Origin: Armatimonadota bacterium
GTDB taxonomy: Bacteria; Armatimonadota; SYMT01
DNA: 64,000 nt
Reading direction: 5' to 3'
Assembly (NCBI GenBank): GCA_046292385.1
Contig: JBKBRF010000028.1
Location: 1-64,000 of the forward strand
Shown piece by piece: positions 1-9,045 of the stretch. Under the pieces are notes generated by a model. That model saw nothing but the letters and a program-made list of their open reading frames with translations, was not told the origin of the DNA and made no database searches. A program made the translations under genes and the position numbers. Numbering within the stretch: position 1 is the stretch's first letter; each line of letters begins with the position of its first letter.

Positions 1-68
1 GCGAGCGATGCGGCAAAACCTTCCTGCGCCACCAGCGGCGTAACTTTACAGCGTGTGACACAAGCCAC

Positions 69-160
69 CGCACTCCACAGACTTCCCCGACGCAGTCTCC
101 CTTTCGACGAGAGGGAATCTCATCCGGGCTAGCCTGTGGAGTGCGAATGCTTGCTTTCGC
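69..160. repeat. REP-like inverted pair (GTGG-footed palindrome GGAGTGCG..GCTTGC..CGC)
   Basis: CGCACTCCACAG (69-80) is the reverse complement of CTGTGGAGTGCG (134-145); the same family recurs at 45396-45535. Confidence 0.6.
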
Positions 161-344
161 GCCCCGCGCCAGCGGGGCCCCGGAGAAGCTTCCCGATTTC
201 GCCAACAGTATCTCGCCAGGGACCGTCACAAGGGGAGCCCTCCTGCTGTGCCTCCGGCCCAGCTTCCGGGCTCACGGGGGCTTGGACCCACCTCGAAGGA
301 GGAGTGGAGCCTCGGCAGCCGGAGTCTCCCGCCGAAAGCGTGTT

Positions 345-376
345 CAACCTGCAACCTGCCAACCTATAACCTGCAA
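345..376 (+). repeat. AACCTGC heptamer tandem repeat (C-rich arm before a start codon)
   Basis: caacctgcaacctgccaacctataacctgc; family recurs at 7 other intergenic sites. Confidence 0.85.
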
Positions 377-417
377 ACAGGCGGCGGCTGGCGCGTATCG
401 GATAACCTATTGGTCGT

Positions 418-2181
418 ATGGACATCCCCGTTGGCAGCTCCATTCCTCTCGTTCCCTCGGCCGGGCACGACCCGGGTCCCGCCCCCACCACCGAAGCCGG
501 CCGGCTGCTGGCGGAAGGCCTGCGCAGCGCGCGGGGGGTCGGTCACCCCGTTGCGCGGGCGCGCCATGTCGCCGCGTGGGCGCACCGGATCTCCGCGCAG
601 GAGCCGGAGCGGGCGGCGGCGCTGCTGCCGGAGTGCGGGGAGGACGCGATCGAGCGCGCGCAGCTCCTGATCAGCGTGATGCGCGACCGCCTCCGCCGCG
701 GCGACTCGGAGCTGGAGCCGCAGCTCGGCGACCTGCTGGCGCTGGCGCGAGAGATGGAGCTGGACGACCGTCTCCGCGTCCACAACCTGCTCTCCGAGGC
801 GGCGATCGAGGCGGCCGACGAGCACTCGGAGCCGGCGCGGCAGGTGCTGCACCGCCTGCTGCCGGAGCTGGAGACGCTCACCGTTCCCGGCGACCTCCAG
901 CAGCCCCGCGCCCTCGCCGCCGCGCTGCTGGGCGAGGCGCTGCTGATGCTGGAAGACGAGGCCGGGCTCGCGCTACTGGACGAGTCGGAGCGCCTGACGC
1001 GGGAGCTGCCGCACGCCGACCCGGTGCTGCTCTTCCTGGCGGGGGCCTACGCCGACCGCGATCCCGCGCGCGCCGCCGACCTGGTGTCCGGCCTGCAGGA
1101 CCCGTCGCAGCGGCTGGAGGCGCGGCTGCAGCTTGCGGAAAAGGCGGGCGAAGGGGAGCTGCGAGAACAGCTTTTTCAGGCGGCGGAAGAAGATGCGGCG
1201 TGGGTGGAGCACTACCGGGGGCCCGAGGCGCTGGTCCGCGTGGGGCAGGCGCTGACGGAGCTCTCGCCGGAGCGCTCCCGGGAGTTCTTCCGGCGGGCGG
1301 TCGAGTCGGCCGAGCGGAACGGTCCGCAGCTCCGCAGCCTGCAGCTTACCGGTATTGCGGGCGCGGTGGCGGGGCTCGACCGGGAGTGGTCGCGCGAGAT
1401 CTTCGCCCAATCCGAGGCGGCGGCCGGCGAAGAGCCGGAGCTGGTGCGGCGCCTCACCGCCCTCGCCGTCTGCGCCGACGCGATGGCCGACCCGTTCCCC
1501 CGCGAGGCGTCCGAGCTGTTCGACCGTGTTCTCGCGCAGGCGGAGGAGCTGGACGCGCTCTGGGAGCATGCCCACTTCCTCGACGTGGTGCTGCGGGACG
1601 ACCGCTCTCCCTACCTCGACGTGAGCGGCGTGAAGGCGCTGCTGGAGCGGGTGATCGCGCGCCTCACCGACGAGGACCCGCGCATCCCCGGCGTCTTCGG
1701 CCTGCCGGACGCGGCGCGGCTGATGCTGCAGGTCGACCCGGAGGGCTCCGGCCCGGTACTGCGGCGCTGGCTGGAGGCGGCGGAAGCGGCGGACGATCCG
1801 GACGGCATGACCGGGGCCTCGCTCACGCTGCGCCGGATCGACGAAGCGGCGGGAGACGCCGCGCTGGAGCGGACGCTGCGGAAGGTGGAGGAACGGGTCG
1901 ACTGCCTCTCCATGGGCCAGTTCGCCGGGGCGATTGCCGGGACCGCGCCGCGTCTGGCGCTCCAGCTCTCCCCGCGCATTCAGGACCGCCGCACCCGCGC
2001 CGAAGCGACCGCTCTCGCGGCCACCCACCTTTACCCGGCAGACCCGGACGCGGCGCTGGAAGCGATTCGCGCCCTGGAGCGCCCCGTCGACCGCTCGCTC
2101 GCGCTGCTGCGCGTCGTCGACACCCTGCTCGGCACCTCCGACCGCCCCACCCCCGAGCCGCTGCTCCAGGAGCTGCCGTGA
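418..2181 (+). CDS. hypothetical alpha-helical (TPR/HEAT-like) repeat protein
   Basis: 587-aa ORF with GC-rich codon usage and Ala/Leu/Glu/Arg helical periodicity; no catalytic motif recognised. Confidence 0.75.
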   Translation: MDIPVGSSIPLVPSAGHDPGPAPTTEAGRLLAEGLRSARGVGHPVARARHVAAWAHRISAQEPERAAALLPECGEDAIERAQLLISVMRDRLRRGDSELEPQLGDLLALAREMELDDRLRVHNLLSEAAIEAADEHSEPARQVLHRLLPELETLTVPGDLQQPRALAAALLGEALLMLEDEAGLALLDESERLTRELPHADPVLLFLAGAYADRDPARAADLVSGLQDPSQRLEARLQLAEKAGEGELREQLFQAAEEDAAWVEHYRGPEALVRVGQALTELSPERSREFFRRAVESAERNGPQLRSLQLTGIAGAVAGLDREWSREIFAQSEAAAGEEPELVRRLTALAVCADAMADPFPREASELFDRVLAQAEELDALWEHAHFLDVVLRDDRSPYLDVSGVKALLERVIARLTDEDPRIPGVFGLPDAARLMLQVDPEGSGPVLRRWLEAAEAADDPDGMTGASLTLRRIDEAAGDAALERTLRKVEERVDCLSMGQFAGAIAGTAPRLALQLSPRIQDRRTRAEATALAATHLYPADPDAALEAIRALERPVDRSLALLRVVDTLLGTSDRPTPEPLLQELP

Positions 2182-2182
2182 G

Positions 2183-2412
2183 AGGGTGTAGCGGTAGGGG
2201 GTAGGGTGTAGGTCTGTGGAGGCGGAGACTGCCGTGCGACAGCCCGGGCTCTCGACTCCGCGGAGCTCACCGAAAACCCTTACCTCTCCAATTCGCGACG
2301 CCCAGCGGGAGCCGCCAGGAGCAAGAACAGTAGCAGGAGTAGGAGAACCTGTACACGGATGGCGCATTCCGCTTTCGGAAGCCCTAGACCCTATCCCCTG
2401 GACCCTAGACCC
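2183..2412. repeat. GGGTGTA-type arm after the stop, AGTAGG hexamers, and CCCTAGA arm before galU
   Basis: tagggtgtaggtctgtg is shared with the reverse complement of 21910-21948; ccctagaccctatcccctggaccctagaccc at 2382-2412. Confidence 0.7.
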
Positions 2413-2429
2413 TCCAAGAAAGAAGATCG

Positions 2430-3299
2430 ATGAAAGGCGTCATTCTTACCGCCGGCTACGGCACCCGGTTCCTTCCGATCACGAAGTCGGTCCCCAAGGA
2501 GATGCTGCCGCTCGGTACGCGCCCGGCGCTCGACTACGTGGTGCAGGAGTATATCGACTCCGGGATCACCGATATCCTGGTGATCAACTCCCGCCGCAAG
2601 AAGCTGCTGGAGGACTACTACGACCGGGAAGCGGAGCTGGAGGCGGTGTTCCAGCGCGAGGGGAAAGAGGCGAACCTCCGCAAGATCACGCCGCCGCAGG
2701 GGGTGCGCTTCTACTTCATCCGGCAGCAGCGGATGCAGGGCACCGGCGACGCCGTGCTGCTGGCGCGGGAGTTCGCGGGGAACGATCCGTGCGTGCTCGC
2801 CTTCCCGGACGACCTGCACGTCCGCCGCGAGTCGGCCCCGCTCGCTCGCCAGCTCTTCCAGGTCTACGAGCAGACCGGGAACGCCGTGCTGGCGCTGGAA
2901 GAGCGGCCGGAGAGCGAGGATATCTCCCGGTACGGGGTCGCCGCCGTCGAAGCCGGCTCCAGCCCGATCAAGGTGACCGGCCTGATCGAGAAGCCGCCGC
3001 GGGGCGAGGAGCCGTCGCGCTACATCTCCGTTGGCCGCTACCTGATCACCCCCGCCATCTTCGACGCGCTGGAAGAGGAGTACCGGGAGCACCAGACCGG
3101 TGAGTTCTACCTCACCAGCGCCTTCCACCGTGTGGCCGGTCACGGCAAGCTCAGCGGCTGCGTCTACGAAGGCGAGCGCCTCGACACCGGCGAGCCGCTC
3201 GGCTACTACGAGGCGATGATCCGCTACCTGCTGGAAGAGTGGGGCGACAGCGAGCAAGGCCAGGCCTTCCGCCGCTTCCTGCGCGAGCAGGTGGGCTGA
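2430..3299 (+). CDS. galU: UTP--glucose-1-phosphate uridylyltransferase
   Basis: ILTAGYGTRFLPITKSVPKEMLP, GTGDAVL, IEKP, GEFYLT motifs. Confidence 0.9.
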   Translation: MKGVILTAGYGTRFLPITKSVPKEMLPLGTRPALDYVVQEYIDSGITDILVINSRRKKLLEDYYDREAELEAVFQREGKEANLRKITPPQGVRFYFIRQQRMQGTGDAVLLAREFAGNDPCVLAFPDDLHVRRESAPLARQLFQVYEQTGNAVLALEERPESEDISRYGVAAVEAGSSPIKVTGLIEKPPRGEEPSRYISVGRYLITPAIFDALEEEYREHQTGEFYLTSAFHRVAGHGKLSGCVYEGERLDTGEPLGYYEAMIRYLLEEWGDSEQGQAFRRFLREQVG

Positions 3300-3346
3300 T
3301 CAGGACCGGACTTAAACGGAGATAAGGGGATGGCGGAGAGCTTCCG

Positions 3347-3598
3347 TCACTCCCCTTCCTTTTCCTCTTCTTGTGAGGGTGAGGGCTCCGGCTGCTCGCG
3401 AGTAACGACCGCCCTTCTCTCCTCGATCCAGTTGAGAACGGCGATGCTCCCTCGGTGGATCAGCATTCCGGCCACGAACATGGCCGTCGCCGCTACGAGT
3501 CCCTTCCAGAAGGGCCAGCGGAGGATCGAGGTAACAACCGTCGTTATTACCCCGGCCACAGCGCCGCAGAGGTAATCGTCGTTGTAACGGTCGTCCAT
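3347..3598 (-). CDS. small hypothetical membrane protein
   Basis: 83-aa ORF with two hydrophobic segments, GGAG upstream, lower GC. Confidence 0.5.
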   Translation of the reverse strand: MDDRYNDDYLCGAVAGVITTVVTSILRWPFWKGLVAATAMFVAGMLIHRGSIAVLNWIEERRAVVTREQPEPSPSQEEEKEGE

Positions 3599-3729
3599 TT
3601 TCGCTCCAGCGTGGACCGGACCCAGAGCACAGGTTCCTCGCGAAACATCGAGGTAGCGTTGCCGTGCCCATCCCCGGCGGCCCTATCGCTGCTCCCCCGG
3701 CTGACACGCCAGCTCTAGCCCGCGGACGA

Positions 3730-3868
3730 GTGGGAGATGTGGGGATGAGGGAGATCGGACCAGAATCCAGGTTCAGCGGCGCCGAAGAGTTGTGAACACC
3801 CCACGGGTTCCGCCCCACCGAGTTTCCTGGTTCCCATCCCCACATCCCCAATTCATCCCCACATCTCC
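3730..3868. repeat. inverted GGGGATGT(G)-type tandem-repeat arms
   Basis: GGAGATGTGGGGATGA (3733-3748) and its perfect reverse complement (3853-3868). Confidence 0.8.
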
Positions 3869-3895
3869 TTTCTTACACCAGGAACCAACCGAACG

Positions 3896-5470
3896 TTAGT
3901 AGTTCGCGCCGCCGGCGTAGGGGGAGTCGCCGTAGGTGTAGATCGCGCCGTCCTTCTTCAGCAGGAAGTAGCTGTTGGTGCCGGAGCGCCCCCGGGCGAT
4001 GCCGGCGAATTGGCCCGGCTCGTCCGCGCCGCCGCCGTAGCCGGCTGCTCCGAACGAGTAGATGGAGCCGTTGGCCCGCACCAGCCAGTAGCCGGAGGCG
4101 TCGGCCAGGGAGGCCATGCCGGCGAAGTCGTTCAGGCCCTGCCCGCCCATCGAGCCGTGGAACGGCGCGTTGAACGAGAAGATGCCACCGTCGGAGGCGT
4201 AGAGCCAGTAGCCGTTGCCCGGCGTGGCGACCATCCCCTTGACGTTGGTGATGCCGAAGCTGCCGGTGGAGCCGTGGAACGGGGCGTTGAACGAGAAGAC
4301 GCCGCCGTCTTTCGCGACGGTCCAGTAGCCATTGCCGTCCGCGGTGGAGGCCATGCCGACCATCGGCTGGTTGAGCGGGGTTCCGCCCATGGAGCCGCGG
4401 AACGGCGCATTCCCGAAGCAGAAGATGCCGCCGTCGCTCGCCACCAGCCAGTAGCCGTCACCCTGCGGGCGCGCCGCGATGCCGACGATCGGCTGGTTCA
4501 GCGGCTGGCCGCCCATGGAGCCGTAGTAGGGCGCGTCTCCGAAGCAGAAGACGTAGCCTTCCGAGGAGACGATCCAGTAGCCGTTGCCGCTCGGGGTGCG
4601 CGCCATGCCGACCCGGTTCGGAATGGCGGCGGCGGAGGTGACCACCACCGCGTTCGCCACCAGGCGCTCGCTGCCGTCCTTGGGGCGGTTCTTGAGCGCC
4701 CCTCCCGCCCACAAGGTGGAGGAGCCGCCGCCGTCCAGGTTCAGCGCGTGCCGCACGTTGGCGTAATTCACCAGCGTCTGGCTCACTTCCGGCAGGCTCA
4801 TCCCGGCGGAGGTGGAGGAGTAGTCGACCACCATCAGCAGGAAGCGGTTATCGTAGGTCCACGCTGCGGCGGTGCGGGCGTTGCGCCCCTGGTAGAACGA
4901 GTGGTTGGGGAAGCTGATCCGCACGCCGTTCTGGATCAGGTCCGGCCCGCTCGCCATGATGTTCGGGGTGCCGAGGCTCCCCCACCCGTTGGCCGGCTTC
5001 GGGATCAGGTTCACGCCGGCGGTGCCGTTCGGGCCGGCGTTCGACTGGGTGATCGCCTGCTGGTCGTGCACGTCCGGCTTGGTGCCGTTGATGACGCTCC
5101 CGTTCACCTTGAGGTACTGCACGGAGCCGGTGCCGTCGAAGAACTGGCCGTTCACGGCGCCGACCGCCCGCCCCGTCCCGGTGGCGAAGCCGCTGGTGGT
5201 GCGGCGCGAGCCCCCGGTGAGGTAGGGGAAGCGGACCACCACCTCCGGGTCGTTCAGGTTGGCGTCCAGGATGTAGACGTCCTGAGGCGCGCCGAAGAGC
5301 GAGTTGTAGTGGAACTTCTTGTACCAGACGCCCTGGCCTACTTTCGTGACCGTCACCGAGTCGGCGGCGGCCGGCACGGCGAAGCGGGGCAGGAAGAGCA
5401 GGGCGCACAGGAGCAGCAGGCAGCGCAGCAGCGAGCGGGGCACGCAGCGTCGCGTGGCACGGGTGTTCAT
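3896..5470 (-). CDS. secreted phosphodiester glycosidase (NAGPA-like) with C-terminal GYWLVASDGGIF propeller-like repeats
   Basis: signal peptide; AVNGQFF, RNARTAAA and ALNLDGGGSSTL motifs; about 6 repeats of GYWLVxxDGGIFxFG-APFxGSMGG. Confidence 0.85.
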   Translation of the reverse strand: MNTRATRRCVPRSLLRCLLLLCALLFLPRFAVPAAADSVTVTKVGQGVWYKKFHYNSLFGAPQDVYILDANLNDPEVVVRFPYLTGGSRRTTSGFATGTGRAVGAVNGQFFDGTGSVQYLKVNGSVINGTKPDVHDQQAITQSNAGPNGTAGVNLIPKPANGWGSLGTPNIMASGPDLIQNGVRISFPNHSFYQGRNARTAAAWTYDNRFLLMVVDYSSTSAGMSLPEVSQTLVNYANVRHALNLDGGGSSTLWAGGALKNRPKDGSERLVANAVVVTSAAAIPNRVGMARTPSGNGYWIVSSEGYVFCFGDAPYYGSMGGQPLNQPIVGIAARPQGDGYWLVASDGGIFCFGNAPFRGSMGGTPLNQPMVGMASTADGNGYWTVAKDGGVFSFNAPFHGSTGSFGITNVKGMVATPGNGYWLYASDGGIFSFNAPFHGSMGGQGLNDFAGMASLADASGYWLVRANGSIYSFGAAGYGGGADEPGQFAGIARGRSGTNSYFLLKKDGAIYTYGDSPYAGGANY

Positions 5471-5690
5471 GGGAGCCTCCGGGGAGACAGGCGAGGCCGG
5501 GCGCCTCGGAGCCGGAGAGCCGCGGGGAGGGGCGCCCGGGGACCCGGCTGCTGGCTTGGTCTACCGCCGGGCAGAGGCGGGATAAACGGTCGATTTACGA
5601 ATGGTGGCCATTCGAGATCAGCGGCTCCGCGCGCCACTTGACCTGCTTCTCTTGAGATCTAAGGGGTACGCTGGAGCGATTGGCCGCTCT

Positions 5691-5715
5691 CGCCTCGGAC
5701 TAAAGTCGAGGCTAC
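5691..5715 (-). repeat. GTAG-footed REP-like palindrome
   Basis: minus strand reads GTAG-CCTCGAC-TTTA-GTCCGAGG. Confidence 0.55.
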
Positions 5716-6150
5716 ACGGAGCGAAGCCCGGCCCCCGTACGGGGGCTATACCTGCGCGGGCTCAGCACTCCACTGGTAAACGTCAGTGACTTCCCGCAAC
5801 CCCTTAGTCGCACACAGCGTCCATTTCATTTTCTTCAGGACGGACATGTGCGGAAGAAGAGTCTCGGTAGAAACGACGGTGGTCATTCCGGGGATTCAAT
5901 CGCCTTCACGAGTCTAAGCCGTCGAGTAGACCCATCCGGTTACATGCCGGTTCGGAGCCCATGGCTGTTCCGCCGATAGGGATCCCCTGCCCAAGCTGAC
6001 CTACCATCCGACGCCGCCGCGATCACTTTGTAAGGACGCACTTTGGGCAGCAGCTCTTGAGGTAGAGCCTGAGCCAACGCCGGATTGTCTAATCGGTAAG
6101 GTGGATCAATACCCGAGCTAGCAGTTGGCTACCAAACAAGAGCCGAACCG

Positions 6151-6978
6151 TCAATTGCGGGTCCTCAGATGAGCTTCAAGCCCTACCGGCTTTATCTCAA
6201 GAAACCGTGTATTGGGAAGACCATAGAGTTCGTACAGGAAAGGGTGAGTCGTCACGTTCATCACCCGCCCGGGAGTATTCGCTAGGCCGACTCGCTGAAC
6301 GACCCACTCGGCGATCTGGGGTTGCTCCGCCATTGCTGGCGCTCGTCCGAGCTGCCCAAACCACGGTAACTGGGATGCGCTTCCGAGCGCCCAAGACGCC
6401 GCCTGGTTGATGTCTGCCTCCGTCTGGATACCAAGGGTGCCCTCAACGGTGAACTCCACCCACAGAACCTGATCGGGAGAGTCGGCGTAGATGTCGCAAC
6501 GGATGGTAGTCCCAGTCACGTGCGTAGACTGTCCGGTGCTGCAGGACATAGTTGTCAGGCGACGCAGTCCGGAGAACTGCATTCCGAGGTACTGGCTGCA
6601 CTTCTGTTCGATTGCACCTACCGTAATCCCAGGCAGGTAGTACGGCTGTGCAGCATTCGCTGCGGACACGGTGTCGACAGCCCCGAACGGTGGGATAGGC
6701 GGGGCGATTGACGGTGAGGAAGCAGCGTCCGGAATTGGCTCACGAAGCTCAGAGGGTTGTCGTTTCTGCTGCGTCCAGCTCTTGTCAAGATTCTCCCAAT
6801 AGGCCATCTGATCGCGAAGCCGCTGCTCTTCGGTTGCAGACTGCTGAATTGACGGGCTTGGTCTTGAGGGTATTGCTACCGATTTCGGTTGCGCCGCGGC
6901 TTTCTGCACAGTTGATGGAGTAGCACAGCCCATCAAGCAGGCAACTACTAGGAGGGGAAAAGCGATGCGTAACAGCAT
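6151..6978 (-). CDS. hypothetical lipoprotein (lower-GC island)
   Basis: 275-aa ORF, lipobox LMG-C, GGAGG upstream, atypical codon usage. Confidence 0.65.
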   Translation of the reverse strand: MLLRIAFPLLVVACLMGCATPSTVQKAAAQPKSVAIPSRPSPSIQQSATEEQRLRDQMAYWENLDKSWTQQKRQPSELREPIPDAASSPSIAPPIPPFGAVDTVSAANAAQPYYLPGITVGAIEQKCSQYLGMQFSGLRRLTTMSCSTGQSTHVTGTTIRCDIYADSPDQVLWVEFTVEGTLGIQTEADINQAASWALGSASQLPWFGQLGRAPAMAEQPQIAEWVVQRVGLANTPGRVMNVTTHPFLYELYGLPNTRFLEIKPVGLEAHLRTRN

Positions 6979-7116
6979 TCAGTCCTCCGCACTGTCACAC
7001 GGTCGGTCGCTAGGATTCTTGGTGGACGAGCGCCTGGCATCCTTCTTCAATCCAGGATTGAATGCTTTGACGCCGGAAACGCGCCATGGCTGCGCTCCTC
7101 GATAAGGAACCAGAAG

Positions 7117-7392
7117 ATGAATCGCGAGTTGAGAGACGGCATGGGGCTCGTGCGGGGCTGTGCCATTGAGTACGCTCCAGCAGGTGTCGAGGTGCGTGAT
7201 TGGAGAGAGGGCTCCAGCCTGGACTTCTGCCTTTGGGGAGTAGTAAACGGACGAGAACGCGCGCTCCTCGAAATGAGCTACGAGGACCTGACTGACTGCC
7301 CGGGCGGGGCGGCCGACACTAGCGGCGGTGATCTCCATTGGCCGAAGGTCCGCGCCTGGGTACGGCAAACGATGATCGATCTGGACCAGTAA
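7117..7392 (+). CDS. hypothetical protein
   Basis: 91-aa ORF with AAGGA upstream and plausible composition; no motif. Confidence 0.4.
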   Translation: MNRELRDGMGLVRGCAIEYAPAGVEVRDWREGSSLDFCLWGVVNGRERALLEMSYEDLTDCPGGAADTSGGDLHWPKVRAWVRQTMIDLDQ

Positions 7393-7538
7393 CTGCACTC
7401 TTCTGGTTGTGAGCAGTAGGGACCACTCCGTTTGGGGCGGCAACGACCTGCGCGGGTTGCTGGTTAACCCATGGGAGGAGCGTGCGATACACTACGGAGC
7501 GGCCGGTGAGGCTCCCAGTGTACAGAGTGGTAGGCGGA

Positions 7539-8825
7539 GTGAGCGAGAGAGCGTCAGAGGCGCCGGGGGCGCGGCGGAGCCGGGTGGTGGAGGCGTCGCC
7601 GGTCTACTACGGTTGGGTGATCCTGATCGCCGCCACCGTCGGCATGGTCATGACGATCCCGGGGCAGACGGTCGGCGTTTCCGCCTTCGTCGACTCAATC
7701 ATCGCCGATCTCGGGATGCCGCGGTCGCAGGTCTCGCTGCTTTACAGCGTGGGCACGCTGGCGGGGTCGCTCGCGATGCCGTGGGTGGGGCGCTGGGTCG
7801 ACCTCCGCGGGCCGCGCCTTGCCGTCGGCGTGATTGCCGCCGGGCTCACGCTCGCTTGCCTGGGGATGAGCCGGATCTCGGGTCCGCTCACGCTGCTGCT
7901 GGGGTTCACCGCGCTGCGAGGCTTCGGGCAGGGCGCGCTGGGGCTGGTGAGCCTGCACGTGGTGAACCTCTGGTTCGTGCGGAAGCGCGGTCTCGCGGTG
8001 GGGCTCACCGGCATCGGCTTCGCCGTCGCCGGGGCGCTCTTTCCCAACGCGGCGCAGTCGCTCATCGCGGAGCACGGCTGGCGGACCTCCTACGTGGTGC
8101 TCGGGATCCTGGTTGCCGCCACCATCCTGCCGCTCGGCACGGCGCTCTTCCGGGAGCGCCCGGAGAGCTTCGGCCTGCTGCCGGACGGCGGCTCCGCGGA
8201 CCCGAAGGCCGAAGCCGCCCCGGCGGAAGAGGAGTGGACGCTTCCGGAGGCGCGCCGCACCGCCATGTTCTGGCTGCTGATCGTCGGCAGCCTGCTCCCG
8301 GCGGCGCTGGTGACCGGTCTCACGTTCCACCACTTCTCCATCATGCAGCGGAACGGGCTGGACCAGGGCGCCGCGGCGACCGTCTTCGTCCCGCTCGCCG
8401 TCGTCTCCGCGCTGAGCAACCTGTTGAGCGGGATCGTGCTGGACCGGGTGCAGCCGCGGTACGTCTTGGCGGCGGGCCAGGCGCTCCTGGCGGTCTCGCT
8501 GCTCGTCGCGCCGCGCGTCGAGGGCCTGGGGAGCGCCTACCTGTACGGCACGGTCCTGGGCGTGACGCAGGGAATGCAGGGGGCGGTCGGCGGCACCGCG
8601 TGGGCGCACTACTTCGGCCGCACCCACTACGGGGCGATCCGCGGATTCGCTTTCTCCATCATGGTCGGGAGCTCCGCGTTCGGCCCGCTCCCGTTCGCCT
8701 GGGGGTTGGAGACGTTCGGCAGCTACGCCCCGGTCCTCACCGCCTCCGCGCTGCTTCCGGTGGCGGCAACGGTCTGGGCCTTCTTCGTCCCGGAGCCGCG
8801 CCGCGCTCCCACCGCCGCAGAGTAG
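7539..8825 (+). CDS. MFS transporter
   Basis: about 12 TM segments; GRWVDLRGPR motif A, WFVRKRGLA, YFGRTHYGAIRG; GTG start chosen. Confidence 0.9.
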   Translation: MSERASEAPGARRSRVVEASPVYYGWVILIAATVGMVMTIPGQTVGVSAFVDSIIADLGMPRSQVSLLYSVGTLAGSLAMPWVGRWVDLRGPRLAVGVIAAGLTLACLGMSRISGPLTLLLGFTALRGFGQGALGLVSLHVVNLWFVRKRGLAVGLTGIGFAVAGALFPNAAQSLIAEHGWRTSYVVLGILVAATILPLGTALFRERPESFGLLPDGGSADPKAEAAPAEEEWTLPEARRTAMFWLLIVGSLLPAALVTGLTFHHFSIMQRNGLDQGAAATVFVPLAVVSALSNLLSGIVLDRVQPRYVLAAGQALLAVSLLVAPRVEGLGSAYLYGTVLGVTQGMQGAVGGTAWAHYFGRTHYGAIRGFAFSIMVGSSAFGPLPFAWGLETFGSYAPVLTASALLPVAATVWAFFVPEPRRAPTAAE

Positions 8826-8842
8826 CCGCCCGCGGGGTTGAT

Positions 8843-8918
8843 TGTTGCCAGGTTGCAGGTTGGCAGGTTTCAGGTTTGGAACCCTGGCCGGCGGGAAGCT
8901 GCCCTGCCAACCTGCAAC
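8843..8918. repeat. GCAGGTT / AACCTGC inverted heptamer arms
   Basis: gttgccaggttgcaggttggcaggtt ... gccaacctgcaac. Confidence 0.85.
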
Positions 8919-9045
8919 AAACGGCTCCTCCGGGGCAGACTCCTCTCCAGTTCAGGCTGGCTCCGCCCATAATCCGCGGTTAGGTGTCGGTGGCCGGGCG
9001 AGGTCCGGCCGGGAAGATCAGCGTGCCGAACGGGAGAGAAGTACT

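Noticed and set aside
5746..5886. 46-codon minus-strand ORF in the low-GC islet
   Set aside because: Short, no motif, and runs into palindromic repeat sequence.
8842..9045. N-terminal extensions in the ORF track (ParB, radical SAM, 60499 gene and others)
   Set aside because: The extensions translate intergenic repeats (e.g. QPANLQPANL, TPTRSLTPTLTL); downstream starts fit the domain boundaries better.
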